From the NCBI GenBank assembly GCA_018969705.1, contig JAGWXV010000001.1, positions 41,128-105,127 on the forward strand: 64,000 nucleotides of DNA, in the 5' to 3' direction. Positions 8,673-19,124 of the stretch are shown here, one piece after another. The notes below the pieces were generated by a model. It did not search any database, had not been told where the DNA came from, and saw only the letters and a program-made list of their open reading frames with translations. Every line of letters starts with the position of its first letter. Position 1 is the first letter of the stretch. Made by a program: the position numbers and the translations under genes. This DNA is from Betaproteobacteria bacterium. GTDB lineage: Bacteria; Pseudomonadota; Gammaproteobacteria; Burkholderiales; Burkholderiaceae_A.

Positions 8673-9223
8673 TTCGAGCCGCTCAATAGGGTGAACGCCT
8701 CCGCAACAGTGTTGGCTACGCGGATGTGATCACGATTTTCGGCACGAATAAATCCTGCCTGGACCCCTGCTGCTAAGAACTCCAGTAGCGGCGTGTAGTA
8801 ATCAAACGCGTTGAGTAGCACGATGGGCTTTGCATGCAGTCCGAGTTGTCGCCAGGTCCAGGTCTCGAAAAATTCTTCAAGGGTGCCAATGCCGCCGGGC
8901 AGCACCAGAAACGCATCGGCACGCTCCGACATCATGAACTTACGCGTATGCATCGAATCCACAATGAAGAGCTCGGTGAGGCCATCTTTAGCAGGCTCAA
9001 TCGACAGCAGGCTCTCGGGAATCACGCCGGTTGTCTTTGCACCCCCATCGATGGCTGCTTGAGCAACCGCCCCCATCAAGCCATTACGTCCGCCGCCAAA
9101 TACCAGGCTGATTCCTCGCTGCGCGAGGCCCGCGCCCACCTCGCGGGCGAGCTGCTCCCAGCGGGCATCCGTGCCGCTTCGGGCCCCGCAGAAAACAGTG
9201 ACCGACTTAACCCTCGAATTCAT
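8669..9223 (-). CDS. LOG family (TIGR00730) nucleotide 5'-monophosphate phosphoribohydrolase
   Basis: VFCG, GGGRNGLMG, MHTRK and PGGIGTLEE signature. Confidence 0.92.
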   Translation of the reverse strand: MNSRVKSVTVFCGARSGTDARWEQLAREVGAGLAQRGISLVFGGGRNGLMGAVAQAAIDGGAKTTGVIPESLLSIEPAKDGLTELFIVDSMHTRKFMMSERADAFLVLPGGIGTLEEFFETWTWRQLGLHAKPIVLLNAFDYYTPLLEFLAAGVQAGFIRAENRDHIRVANTVAEAFTLLSGSN

Positions 9224-10313
9224 CGCGCATATTCCGATCCATTAAGGCAGCGATGGCCTGCTGGGCGGTCCAATGGCCCGTGATGAGTTTGCAGACGCCC
9301 GCAGTAATCGGCACTTCAACACCTGACCGCTCGGCTAACGCCAGCAAGGCCGGCGCAGAGCTCACGCCCTCAGCGACATGCCCGAGCTGCTGCACGATCT
9401 GCGTAATGGATTCCCCACGCGCAAGTGCAAGACCCACACGACGATTGCGAGATAAATCGCCCGTGGCGGTTAACAAAAGATCACCCAGGCATGCCAGGCC
9501 CATGAAGGTCTGGGGCCGCGCGCCGATGGCAAGGCCCAATCGCGACATCTCAGCGAGTCCGCGCGTGAGCAATGCAGCGCGGGCATTGGCCCCCAACGCC
9601 AACCCATCGCAGACGCCTGCGGCAATCGCCAAAACATTTTTCATGGCGCCGCCGAGCTCAACACCAATTAAGTCATCGGTGGGATAAAGCCGCAGGCCGC
9701 CGCCATGACAAGACTGTGCAATGGCGCGGGCCCACTCCAACTGCTGACTCGCTACCGAGAGCGCGGCGGGAAGGCCCCTTGCGACCTCCTGGGCAAAGCT
9801 GGGCCCGGAGAGTGCGGCGGCTGGCCAGCCTGGGCAGCCTGCGTGAACAATCTCGTGCGGCCAGCTCAAAGTAGCCGTCTGCGCCTGCGTGGCATCGCGC
9901 AAAGCGAGCCCCTTCGCAAGCCAGACCATTGCCTCGCCGGCCTTGGGGGGGCCGAGCTTCTGCATCACACGTGTCGCAGCCTCTTCCAGGCCCGACACCG
10001 GTGTTGCGAGAATCACCAGCCCATGAAGGGCTTGCTGCGGATAGTCCTGCCGATGGGCCTGGGCCTGTAGCCGCCAAGTGCGAACTGCCTGTCCAAGGTC
10101 AGCCGATAGGCCCAGCTGACTCGGCAGACGAACGCCAGGCAGATATCTGCGATTTTCATGGTCGTGCTGAAGGGCCTGAATCAATTGCGCATCGCGGGCC
10201 CAGAGATTGACGCAGCCCTGCTGCGCGCGCGCAGCGAATTGAACTGCAACCGCGGTGCCCCAGGCGCCCGCGCCGATCACCAGCGTCGGCAACGTGAGCT
10301 CGGGCCCGGGCAT
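9207..10313 (-). CDS. gpsA: NAD(P)H-dependent glycerol-3-phosphate dehydrogenase
   Basis: GAGAWGTA, LSGPSFA, GGAMKNVLAIA and GDLLLTATGDLSRNR motifs. Confidence 0.96.
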   Translation of the reverse strand: MPGPELTLPTLVIGAGAWGTAVAVQFAARAQQGCVNLWARDAQLIQALQHDHENRRYLPGVRLPSQLGLSADLGQAVRTWRLQAQAHRQDYPQQALHGLVILATPVSGLEEAATRVMQKLGPPKAGEAMVWLAKGLALRDATQAQTATLSWPHEIVHAGCPGWPAAALSGPSFAQEVARGLPAALSVASQQLEWARAIAQSCHGGGLRLYPTDDLIGVELGGAMKNVLAIAAGVCDGLALGANARAALLTRGLAEMSRLGLAIGARPQTFMGLACLGDLLLTATGDLSRNRRVGLALARGESITQIVQQLGHVAEGVSSAPALLALAERSGVEVPITAGVCKLITGHWTAQQAIAALMDRNMRDEFEG

Positions 10314-10315
10314 GC

Positions 10316-10816
10316 CTACTGCGTCGGCAGAATCAGGCCGCTATCAGAGGCTTGCGGCTGGGCCGCTGATTGGGCACGACGCTGCTGATAGAAGGCTTCC
10401 CAATTCAGTTCCGCCAAATGGACCGGCGGAAAGCTCGCACGCTGAATGACGTCGGCAATATTAGAGCGAAGGTAGGGATACAGAATGCTCGGGCAAGAGA
10501 TGCCTTTTAGTAACGCCAGCTGATCATCGGCAACACCGAGAATTTCAAAAATTCCGGCCTGGGTCGCTTCGACCAGAAACCCCACTTTATCGCCGAGACG
10601 GCAGGTCACTGTGCATCGGACACCGATCTCAAAAAGTCCGGACTGAAGGGTTTTTTCCTGGGTGTCAATTTGAAATTCAAGCCGGGGTTCCGCCTGATCA
10701 ATGAAAACCGCCGGTGCATCAGGGATCTCGAGGGAGACATCCTTGAGATAAATGCGCTGAAGATTAAACTGCGGGCCGGCTGCAGCCTGCTCGGCCGCAC
10801 TGTTGGGCTGGGTCAT
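10316..10816 (-). CDS. secB: Protein-export chaperone SecB
   Basis: QRIYLKDVSLE, QAGIF and CPSILYPYLR motifs. Confidence 0.96.
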   Translation of the reverse strand: MTQPNSAAEQAAAGPQFNLQRIYLKDVSLEIPDAPAVFIDQAEPRLEFQIDTQEKTLQSGLFEIGVRCTVTCRLGDKVGFLVEATQAGIFEILGVADDQLALLKGISCPSILYPYLRSNIADVIQRASFPPVHLAELNWEAFYQQRRAQSAAQPQASDSGLILPTQ

Positions 10817-10835
10817 CCAAGACTCTTTCTGCGGA

Positions 10836-11093
10836 TTAATCCGCTAATAGGGGCATAAGCCCGCCCTCGCGATCAAGCGCCGCGAGATCATCAAAACCGC
10901 CAACATGCCGGTCACCAATAAAAATCTGCGGCACAGTCCTTCGGCCGGTCTTCGCAATCATCTGATCGCGCTGGGCGGAATCAAGATCAATCCGAATCTT
11001 TTCAATCTCGGATACGCCCCGCTGTTTCAGCAGCATCTCGGCGCGTTGGCAATAGGGGCAGACTGCCGTGCTGTACATGACGACCTTGGCCAT
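10836..11093 (-). CDS. grxC: Glutaredoxin 3
   Basis: CPYC, TVPQIFI and GGFDDL motifs. Confidence 0.96.
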   Translation of the reverse strand: MAKVVMYSTAVCPYCQRAEMLLKQRGVSEIEKIRIDLDSAQRDQMIAKTGRRTVPQIFIGDRHVGGFDDLAALDREGGLMPLLAD

Positions 11094-11098
11094 CTTGC

Positions 11099-11527
11099 TT
11101 AGCTCCGCTTAGTTACGGGCAGGCCGGCCTGCTGCCAGGCATCAAAGCCGCCCTCTAAATTGAAGACCGCCTCGACACCGGCCTTTCTCAGCTGGCGACC
11201 AGCCTTGGATCCACGCCAGCCGCTCTGACACATCAGAATCACGGGCGCCTGGCCCTTGCCCTGCTGAATGCGTTTTTTGATGTCATCGATTTGTGCGGCC
11301 AGGCCGCTCAGCGGAATGTGCAGGGCCTGGGGGGCCGTGCCTTTTGCAATCTCTGCTGCCTCACGAATATCAATGAGCAGGGCATTTTGTGAATTAAGCA
11401 TCTGCGTGGCGCCCAGCGTATTGACGATGCGCGCGCCTGAGCCACGGGTTGCCATTGGCCAGACCAGCAGCGCGCCGCTGAGAAAGGCCGCAATGATCAA
11501 AATAATGTTGTCAATAAAAAACTGCAC
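11099..11527 (-). CDS. Rhodanese-like domain protein (YibN-like)
   Basis: N-terminal TM helix, IDIRE, active-site Cys (MCQSG), LEGGFDAW; upstream of grxC-secB. Confidence 0.9.
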   Translation of the reverse strand: MQFFIDNIILIIAAFLSGALLVWPMATRGSGARIVNTLGATQMLNSQNALLIDIREAAEIAKGTAPQALHIPLSGLAAQIDDIKKRIQQGKGQAPVILMCQSGWRGSKAGRQLRKAGVEAVFNLEGGFDAWQQAGLPVTKRS

Positions 11528-11583
11528 GGCTGCTCCTTGTCCGCAATTCGGACGTGATAGGCGGAAATTATAGAATGCGGCCC

Positions 11584-12345
11584 ATGGGCAAGACTTTTTC
11601 GATCGTATTGCTGCGGCATGGCCAGAGCCAATGGAATCTTGAAAACCGCTTTACCGGCTGGGTCGATGTTGACCTCACCGAGCAGGGCCGAAGCGAGGCC
11701 CGTCAGGCGGGTGAACTCCTAAAATCCAAGGGGTTTTGCTTTGATCGCGCCTACACCTCGGTACTCAAGCGCGCCATTCGAACCCTCTGGATCACGCTGG
11801 ACGCGCTGGATCAGATGTGGATTCCCGTGCACAACGAGTGGCGCTTAAATGAACGCCACTACGGTGCGCTCACCGGCCTGAATAAAGCCGAAACGGCGGC
11901 CCGCTACGGGGAAGCGCAGGTCTTGCAGTGGCGGCGGGCCTACGATGTAAGGCCCGATGCCCTGCAGCCGAGCCATGAATTCTGGCCAGGACGCGATCCG
12001 CGGTATGCGGCCATTGATCCGACCCTTTTGCCCGCCACCGAATGCCTCAAAGACACTATTGACCGCGTCATTCCCGTCTGGGAGTCGGTAATTGCGCCGC
12101 GCGTACGCGCCGGGGAGCGGGTAATCATTGCGGCCCATGGCAATTCGATTCGGGCCCTCCTGAAATACCTGGAGCAGATGTCAGAGGCCGATGTTTTGGC
12201 GCTAAATATTCCCACGGCCCAGCCTCTGGTGGTCGAGCTGGATGCACAGCTGAACTTTATTGGCCGGCGCTACCTGGCCGATCCGGCGGCCATCGAGGCG
12301 GCCCTGACGGCGGTGGCCAATCAGGGTAAGGCAAAAACCGCCTAA
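11584..12345 (+). CDS. gpmA: 2,3-bisphosphoglycerate-dependent phosphoglycerate mutase
   Basis: [25 protein letters not shown] and AAHGNS motifs. Confidence 0.97.
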   Translation: MGKTFSIVLLRHGQSQWNLENRFTGWVDVDLTEQGRSEARQAGELLKSKGFCFDRAYTSVLKRAIRTLWITLDALDQMWIPVHNEWRLNERHYGALTGLNKAETAARYGEAQVLQWRRAYDVRPDALQPSHEFWPGRDPRYAAIDPTLLPATECLKDTIDRVIPVWESVIAPRVRAGERVIIAAHGNSIRALLKYLEQMSEADVLALNIPTAQPLVVELDAQLNFIGRRYLADPAAIEAALTAVANQGKAKTA

Positions 12346-12411
12346 ACTTTTCAGCCTTGCGGTAGCCTAATGCTGCCGTCATTTTTGCCCGATACGGGCC
12401 AGAGAGCCGTT

Positions 12412-13827
12412 ATGTCCAGAAAGCTTCAAATTGTTGGGTGGGTCTCCGCAGGGCTGATCAGTGGCGTGCTGTTCAGCATGGGATTTCAGGCGGTCGCCCA
12501 GCGCGAGCCGCGTGCATCACTGCCCATTGAAGAGCTCCGACAGTTCGCTGATGTCTATGGCGCCATCAAAGCAAATTATGTTGAGTCAGTTGAGGATAAA
12601 AAACTAATTACCCAGGCCATCAGCGGCATGCTCACGGGCCTCGATCCCCACTCTGCCTACCTGGATGCAGATGCGTTTAAAGAGTTACAGGTAGGCACCC
12701 AGGGTGAATTTGGTGGCTTAGGCCTCGAAGTCGGCACTGAGGATGGCTTTGTTCGGGTGATCTCTCCGATTGAGGGTACGCCAGCAGAGCGTGCCGGCGT
12801 GAAGGCTGGTGATTTGATTATTCGTATCGATGAGAAAGCCACTAAAGGGCTGCCGCTCAACGATGCAGTCAAGCTGATGCGCGGTAAGCCAAAGACCTCC
12901 GTCACGCTAACCATCAATCGCAAGGGCGAGAATCGGCCGCTGGTCTTTACGATTGTTCGTGATGTGATTCAGATTCAAAGTGTGCGCTCCAAGATGCTTG
13001 AGCCTGGGTACGGCTACATCCGTATCACCCAATTCCAGGAACACACGGTTGAAAACCTGGTGAAACACTTCAATCAATTGGCCCAGCAGGGCCCCATGAA
13101 AGCCCTGGTGCTGGATCTTCGCAATGATCCCGGCGGCCTATTGAATGGTGCCATTGGGGTCTCGGCCGCGTTTCTTCCCGAAAAAGTTTTAGTGGTATCG
13201 ACCGATGGCCGCCAGGACGATTCCAAGCGTAAATACTTTGCCGCTGCGGGCGACTATCAGCGCTCGAGTCGAGAAGACCCGCTGGCAAAACTGTCGCCAC
13301 AATCAAAAACCGTTCCAATGGTGGTCTTGGTCAATAGCGGCTCGGCCTCGGCCTCTGAAATTGTGGCCGGTGCTCTTCAAGACCATCAGCGCGCGAAAAT
13401 TCTCGGCACCCAGACCTTCGGCAAGGGCTCTGTGCAGACCATTTTGCCGCTGACCAGTAACACCGCGATCAAACTAACAACAGCCCGCTACTACACGCCC
13501 AAGGGCCAGTCCATTCAGGCCAAGGGCATCAGCCCTGATTTCTGGGTAGAAGAGACTGCAGATGGTGCGATTGTGGATCGGCTGCGCATCCGCGAGGCGG
13601 ATCTCAATCGTCATCTGTCGGGCCGCGAGGCGCCGAGCAAAGGCGGTGATAACGACAAGCAAAAGCCCGCCGCACAAAAACCCGAACAGCGCAACGGTGC
13701 CGATCAGGCCGCGCGTGATGCCAAGCCGATTGAATTCGGTAGCCCCGATGACTATCAGCTTCAGCAGGCCGTGAATCATCTCAAGGGTAGGCCAGTAGCG
13801 ACATCGGCCCGGCCCGAGAGTGGCTGA
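12412..13827 (+). CDS. ctpA: S41 family carboxy-terminal processing protease
   Basis: LDPHS, PDZ GGLG, DLRNDPGG, SASASEIVAGALQD and TFGKGSVQ motifs. Confidence 0.93.
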   Translation: MSRKLQIVGWVSAGLISGVLFSMGFQAVAQREPRASLPIEELRQFADVYGAIKANYVESVEDKKLITQAISGMLTGLDPHSAYLDADAFKELQVGTQGEFGGLGLEVGTEDGFVRVISPIEGTPAERAGVKAGDLIIRIDEKATKGLPLNDAVKLMRGKPKTSVTLTINRKGENRPLVFTIVRDVIQIQSVRSKMLEPGYGYIRITQFQEHTVENLVKHFNQLAQQGPMKALVLDLRNDPGGLLNGAIGVSAAFLPEKVLVVSTDGRQDDSKRKYFAAAGDYQRSSREDPLAKLSPQSKTVPMVVLVNSGSASASEIVAGALQDHQRAKILGTQTFGKGSVQTILPLTSNTAIKLTTARYYTPKGQSIQAKGISPDFWVEETADGAIVDRLRIREADLNRHLSGREAPSKGGDNDKQKPAAQKPEQRNGADQAARDAKPIEFGSPDDYQLQQAVNHLKGRPVATSARPESG

Positions 13828-14614
13828 TCACGCAGCCCTTCGTCATAGCCGCCATGCACTACTCGATGGCATCGATGACGAAGGTGTCGCTGCGCTCCAG
13901 GCAGCACGCGTTCTTCTGATTGGCGCAGGTGGCCTGGGCTGCCCCGCCGCCTTATATCTCTCGGCAAGCGGAATCGGCAGGCTGCACTGGTTTGATGGTG
14001 ACAAGGTGGATGCCACCAACCTTGCGCGGCAGACCCTGTTTGGGCCTGCCGATATCGGCCAATTCAAAGTGGCCGCTGGGGCCGCCGCGCTCGGGCGCAC
14101 CAGTCCCGAAACTGAAGTGATTGCCGAACCCCGATTTATCGATGCATCGCTTCTCGATGCAGCAATTCCGCTTGCCGATGTGGTGCTGGATTGCACAGAT
14201 CAGTGGTCGACTCGACAGCTCATTAATGCCCGCTGCGTTGCCAACCGAAAGCCGCTGGTCAGTGCAGCCGCAATTGAATGGTCGGGTCAGTTGATGTGCA
14301 TCGATCCCAGGCAGTCTGATCAAGCCTGCTATGCCTGCGTATTTGACCCCCAGACCGAGCCTGTTGCGCATGCCTGCGGTGCCTATGGTGTGCTCTCGCC
14401 ATTGGTGGGCGCCATGGGCTGCCTTCAGGCCGCCGAAGCCATTAAATTAATCGTGCGGAGTCGGCATCCAGGCTCTTCTCTGCCATCAGCAGCCCAGACG
14501 CTTACGCTCGTCGATATGAAAACCGCGAGCTGGCAGCAGGTCCGCATCTCCAGAAATCCCGCGTGCCCTGTCTGTCAATCCGAAAGGGCCAAAGCGGCCG
14601 CAGGCCGTGATTAG
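13820..14614 (+). CDS. moeB: HesA/MoeB/ThiF family adenylyltransferase
   Basis: GAGGLGC, NLARQ, DCTD and the CYAC/CPVC zinc pair. Confidence 0.85.
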   Translation: MADHAALRHSRHALLDGIDDEGVAALQAARVLLIGAGGLGCPAALYLSASGIGRLHWFDGDKVDATNLARQTLFGPADIGQFKVAAGAAALGRTSPETEVIAEPRFIDASLLDAAIPLADVVLDCTDQWSTRQLINARCVANRKPLVSAAAIEWSGQLMCIDPRQSDQACYACVFDPQTEPVAHACGAYGVLSPLVGAMGCLQAAEAIKLIVRSRHPGSSLPSAAQTLTLVDMKTASWQQVRISRNPACPVCQSERAKAAAGRD

Positions 14615-15237
14615 GGAAAAATAAATTTAACGGCAGCGTCAGCCGAATCCGACGGCCGCTTGCGAAATCCAGTCTTTGCAAACTGCAGCCAGCGGCCCTG
14701 CACGAAGGCCATTGCCATTGCCGACTGCAGCGCCAAATCGGGGGCCAGCTGAGCCGCCTCGGACTCTGCGCGCTGAAGCCGCAGGCACTGCCGAATTGAA
14801 GCCTCGACACGCTCTAAGAGCTGATTCACGCGGGCTTGTAAACGGCTGTCTTCATTCACGATGGCATCCCCGATCAGCACGCGGGTCATGCCTGGATTTT
14901 TTTCCGCAAATCCCAACAGCATCAGGACAATTTCTCTGGCCCGTGCCGCTGGCGCGCCGGGCCGAGATTCAATCTGATTGATCAGCGAAAAAATGGTCTC
15001 TTCAATGAAATCCAATAGGCCTTCGAACATCTGGGCCTTACTGGCAAAGTGCCGATATAGGGCCGCCTCGGATAGAGAGAGTTTGGCTGCAAGTGCGGCA
15101 GTGGTTACTTTTTCCGCCGCGCCTTCTTGCAGCATCGATGCGATGGTCTGCAGAATCTGCAAACGCCGCTCCCCTGGCTTCGGACGTTTCCGTGTCGATG
15201 CTATTGATGATTCGGGCTGCTGGGTTGCCGGCTGCAT
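14611..15237 (-). CDS. slmA: Nucleoid occlusion factor SlmA (TetR family)
   Basis: TTAALAAKL..SEAALYRHFASKAQMFEGL and FAEKNPGMTRVL motifs. Confidence 0.93.
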   Translation of the reverse strand: MQPATQQPESSIASTRKRPKPGERRLQILQTIASMLQEGAAEKVTTAALAAKLSLSEAALYRHFASKAQMFEGLLDFIEETIFSLINQIESRPGAPAARAREIVLMLLGFAEKNPGMTRVLIGDAIVNEDSRLQARVNQLLERVEASIRQCLRLQRAESEAAQLAPDLALQSAMAMAFVQGRWLQFAKTGFRKRPSDSADAAVKFIFP

Positions 15238-15252
15238 AAGCTTGGCGATGCG

Positions 15253-15948
15253 TTAACGAAAGTGCTGGGCTCTGATCAGGGATCGGAGACAGTGTACTTG
15301 AAGCCGGACATAACTTGGGCGCCGGGCCGCTAAGGGTCGGCCCGAGTCTCGCGCCTGCATCCGGACGGTCTTTGAGGCCAGCACTCTCGCTGTGCGCATT
15401 CCAAGTCGGTGGGCCGCCTGGAGATTTTCATCATGATCGTCGATCAGGCGAATGCGGCCTGCTGGCCGGCCCGACTGCCGAAGGAGTCGACGCATCAGCA
15501 GCATCGAGGGCTTGGGCCGAAAGCGGCCTGAAATCTTCATGTCCTCGATAGCAATCACACGGTCAAAGCACCGCTTCAAACCCAGCAGCTGAAGCAGTTT
15601 CAGCGCATATCGACGCGAGGCGTTAGTCAGCAGCCAACGCTCGCCTGCGAGCCTACTGACCCGATAACGGGCGCCGCGAGACGCAGGAACAAAATGATGT
15701 AGGTCGTGATGGGGATGAGTCTGGTAGAGAAACTCATAGGGATTGATCTCATGATGACGCATCAAGCCCAGCAGTGTTGCCCCATAACGGCGCCAGTAGC
15801 GCTCTCGCAGATGGCTGGCCTGCTGTTCAGACAGCCGCAGTCGATCGGCCATAAAGGCCGTCATTCTGCGGTTGATCTCACCCATGACCCGCCATGAGGC
15901 GTCGTACAGGGTGTTATCGAGATCAATCAGCCATAACGGCCGTGCCAC
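15253..15948 (-). CDS. HAD-family pyrimidine 5'-nucleotidase
   Basis: DLDNTL, YGATL, LTNA and KP motifs; usual argB-slmA context. Confidence 0.85.
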   Translation of the reverse strand: MARPLWLIDLDNTLYDASWRVMGEINRRMTAFMADRLRLSEQQASHLRERYWRRYGATLLGLMRHHEINPYEFLYQTHPHHDLHHFVPASRGARYRVSRLAGERWLLTNASRRYALKLLQLLGLKRCFDRVIAIEDMKISGRFRPKPSMLLMRRLLRQSGRPAGRIRLIDDHDENLQAAHRLGMRTARVLASKTVRMQARDSGRPLAARRPSYVRLQVHCLRSLIRAQHFR

Positions 15949-15955
15949 CCGGGCC

Positions 15956-16891
<936 letters not shown>

Positions 16892-16920
16892 TCAACGCAT
16901 TGTAAGCAGGCTGCAGAGAC

Positions 16921-17610
16921 TTGAAAAAACTATTTACTGCGATCATGCGCTTTGGGCCCTGGCCGCTACGCACCTTCGCATCGTCTGCAATGCCCGACCC
17001 CTCCATGACCCGGGTTGCGCTTGGGTTTGGCGGCCTACTGGTTGGGCTGATCACGGCAATCGTCTTTCTGGTCGCCAGCATGCTGCTGCCCTCGCGAATC
17101 GCGCTCTTGATGAGCCTATGTATCGGCCTTGCCGCCGCAATGCCGAGGCCCGCCGCAGGACTGCAGCAGCCCCCATTGACCGGCCCATCTGGCCTTGCAC
17201 TGGCCCTGCTCTTGTTAATTAAGCTCGAGGCGGTCTCGGAAATTGACCATGCCTGGAGCGCCATCATTCTGATCTGCAGCACCACCTGGGCACGCTGCGC
17301 GGTGCTGGCTTCCCGCGCCCACCCCATAAGCATCCTGGGTCCGGCCAAGGGCAGTGCGCGTGTTGTGTGCCTGCTCATTGGTGCCTCACCGATGGTCTTT
17401 TTCGGCTTGCTGCCCGAGCCCGCCTGGGGCCTATGGATGGCAGCGTTTGCTGTTTTGATCATCAGCCGGCTGCTCAAAGGCGTGGGCTGGACCGCGCCGC
17501 TGGTGGTGCGCTGGGCACTCGCAGAGACGATTTATTGCGTTGTGGTGGTGCTACTGATGAGCGCGGCCGCACTGGCCGAAATCACCGAGGAGGACTCCGA
17601 CGACTCTTAA
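16921..17610 (+). CDS. CobS-like integral membrane protein lacking the catalytic motifs
   Basis: By-eye similarity to CobS helices (KLFTAIMRF, GLLVGLITAIVF, GPSGLALALLLLIK, WAR, RLLK...LAE); HxDGxxDxxDG, DSR and TGD motifs absent; acidic tail. Confidence 0.65.
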   Translation: MKKLFTAIMRFGPWPLRTFASSAMPDPSMTRVALGFGGLLVGLITAIVFLVASMLLPSRIALLMSLCIGLAAAMPRPAAGLQQPPLTGPSGLALALLLLIKLEAVSEIDHAWSAIILICSTTWARCAVLASRAHPISILGPAKGSARVVCLLIGASPMVFFGLLPEPAWGLWMAAFAVLIISRLLKGVGWTAPLVVRWALAETIYCVVVVLLMSAAALAEITEEDSDDS

Positions 17611-17612
17611 GC

Positions 17613-18041
17613 CTAATCGCCGAATTGGCGCTGGCGAAGTTCTCGGCGCTGCTGGGCCTCGATGGAGAGGGTCGCAGTGGGCCGTGCCAGCAGTCGCTTT
17701 AAGCCGATGGGCTCGCCCGTTTCCTCGCAGTAGCCATACTCACCCGACTCAATTCGCATCAGAGCCTGCTGGACTTTTTTGATCAGCTTACGCTCACGAT
17801 CACGGGTACGCAGCTCCAGGGCGTGCTCTTCCTCAATGGTTGCACGGTCAGCAGGATCTGGCACCAGTACGGTCTCGCGCAAATGCTCTGTGGTCTCACC
17901 AGCATTGGCCCGTAATTCGGACTCCAGCGCTTTTAGCTTGCGACGAAAAAAATCCAGCTGCGCCGGACTCATGTAGTCATCTGCAGACTGCGCGAGCAGC
18001 TCTTTCTCAGAGGCAATTACTTTGCTTGTAACAGTGGCCAT
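17613..18041 (-). CDS. dksA: RNA polymerase-binding transcription factor DksA (single-Cys type)
   Basis: YMS..QL, DPADRA coiled-coil tip, RDRERKL and YGYCEETGEPIG..RLLARPTATLS. Confidence 0.95.
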   Translation of the reverse strand: MATVTSKVIASEKELLAQSADDYMSPAQLDFFRRKLKALESELRANAGETTEHLRETVLVPDPADRATIEEEHALELRTRDRERKLIKKVQQALMRIESGEYGYCEETGEPIGLKRLLARPTATLSIEAQQRRELRQRQFGD

Positions 18042-18104
18042 ACCCTCAGACTTCCTTCCCCAAACCCCACATTTGTCCCGAACTGCCCAACGATCTTTTG
18101 CGGC

Positions 18105-19109
18105 TTAAACTAGGCACTGCTCTAAGCCTTTAACGATTGTATCCCGCGGCAGTTTCCTGCCGATGAACACCATCTTGGACTGGCGCTTCTCCCCTGCCTG
18201 CCAGGGACGCCCCACGTCGCCGCCCATCAGCATGTGGACACCCTGAAAGACCATTTGGTGGTCACTGCCCTTAATGTGCAGCACGCCTTTATAGCGCAGC
18301 AGCTGCGGACCATAGGCCTGAGAGACCGCGCCCATAAAACCCTCAAATCGGCCCGAGTCGAATGGCCGGTCTGATTTAAAAACAAACGAGTGCACATCAT
18401 CGATGTGACTGTGGCTGGCCTCGGTATCAAGAAATTCTGGATCGATCTCGAGCACTGCATTGAGGTTGAATCCTCGGATATCAAAAATTTCTGAGATGGG
18501 GACCTCGCCGAAGTGGGCCTGTCGAATGCTGGCACGCGCATTCATTTTCGTGAGCCGGCTGCGCAGTGCCTCGACGGCCGCCGCCTCAACAAGGTCTGCC
18601 TTTGAAATCAAAATCCGATCTGCAAAACCCACTTGGGCCTGGGCCTCAGCATGCTGACTAAGTTGATCGGGACCGTGCACCGCATCAACCAGAGTCACCA
18701 CCGCATCCAGCATGTACCGCTCGGCAATGTCGTCGTCTACGAAAAAAGTTTGTGCGACCGGCCCAGGCTCTGCAAGGCCAGTAGTCTCAATCATCACGCG
18801 ATCGAACTGAATCTCACCAGCTGCGCGGCGCTGGGCGAGCCGGCCCAACATCTCAATCAAATCACCGCGGACCGTGCAGCAAATGCAGCCGTTATTCATC
18901 TCAACAATCCGCTCCTTGGTGTCACCAAACAGCAGCTCGTTATCGATGCTCTCCTGGCCGAATTCGTTTTCAATCACTGCGATTCGCTGGCCGTGGGCCT
19001 CGTTAAGGATGCGCTTTAAAAGCGTAGTCTTTCCTGCGCCGAGAAATCCGGTGAGAATCGTGACGGGAATCATCGCCACTGGGGCCTGAACTGCAACGGG
19101 TGCGGACAT
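18105..19109 (-). CDS. COG0523/CobW family P-loop GTPase (metallochaperone)
   Basis: TGFLGAGKTT, ENEFG, GCICC, ETTGLAEP, RYKG and FQGVH motifs. Confidence 0.93.
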   Translation of the reverse strand: MSAPVAVQAPVAMIPVTILTGFLGAGKTTLLKRILNEAHGQRIAVIENEFGQESIDNELLFGDTKERIVEMNNGCICCTVRGDLIEMLGRLAQRRAAGEIQFDRVMIETTGLAEPGPVAQTFFVDDDIAERYMLDAVVTLVDAVHGPDQLSQHAEAQAQVGFADRILISKADLVEAAAVEALRSRLTKMNARASIRQAHFGEVPISEIFDIRGFNLNAVLEIDPEFLDTEASHSHIDDVHSFVFKSDRPFDSGRFEGFMGAVSQAYGPQLLRYKGVLHIKGSDHQMVFQGVHMLMGGDVGRPWQAGEKRQSKMVFIGRKLPRDTIVKGLEQCLV

Positions 19110-19124
19110 ACGCGATCCAAAAAA

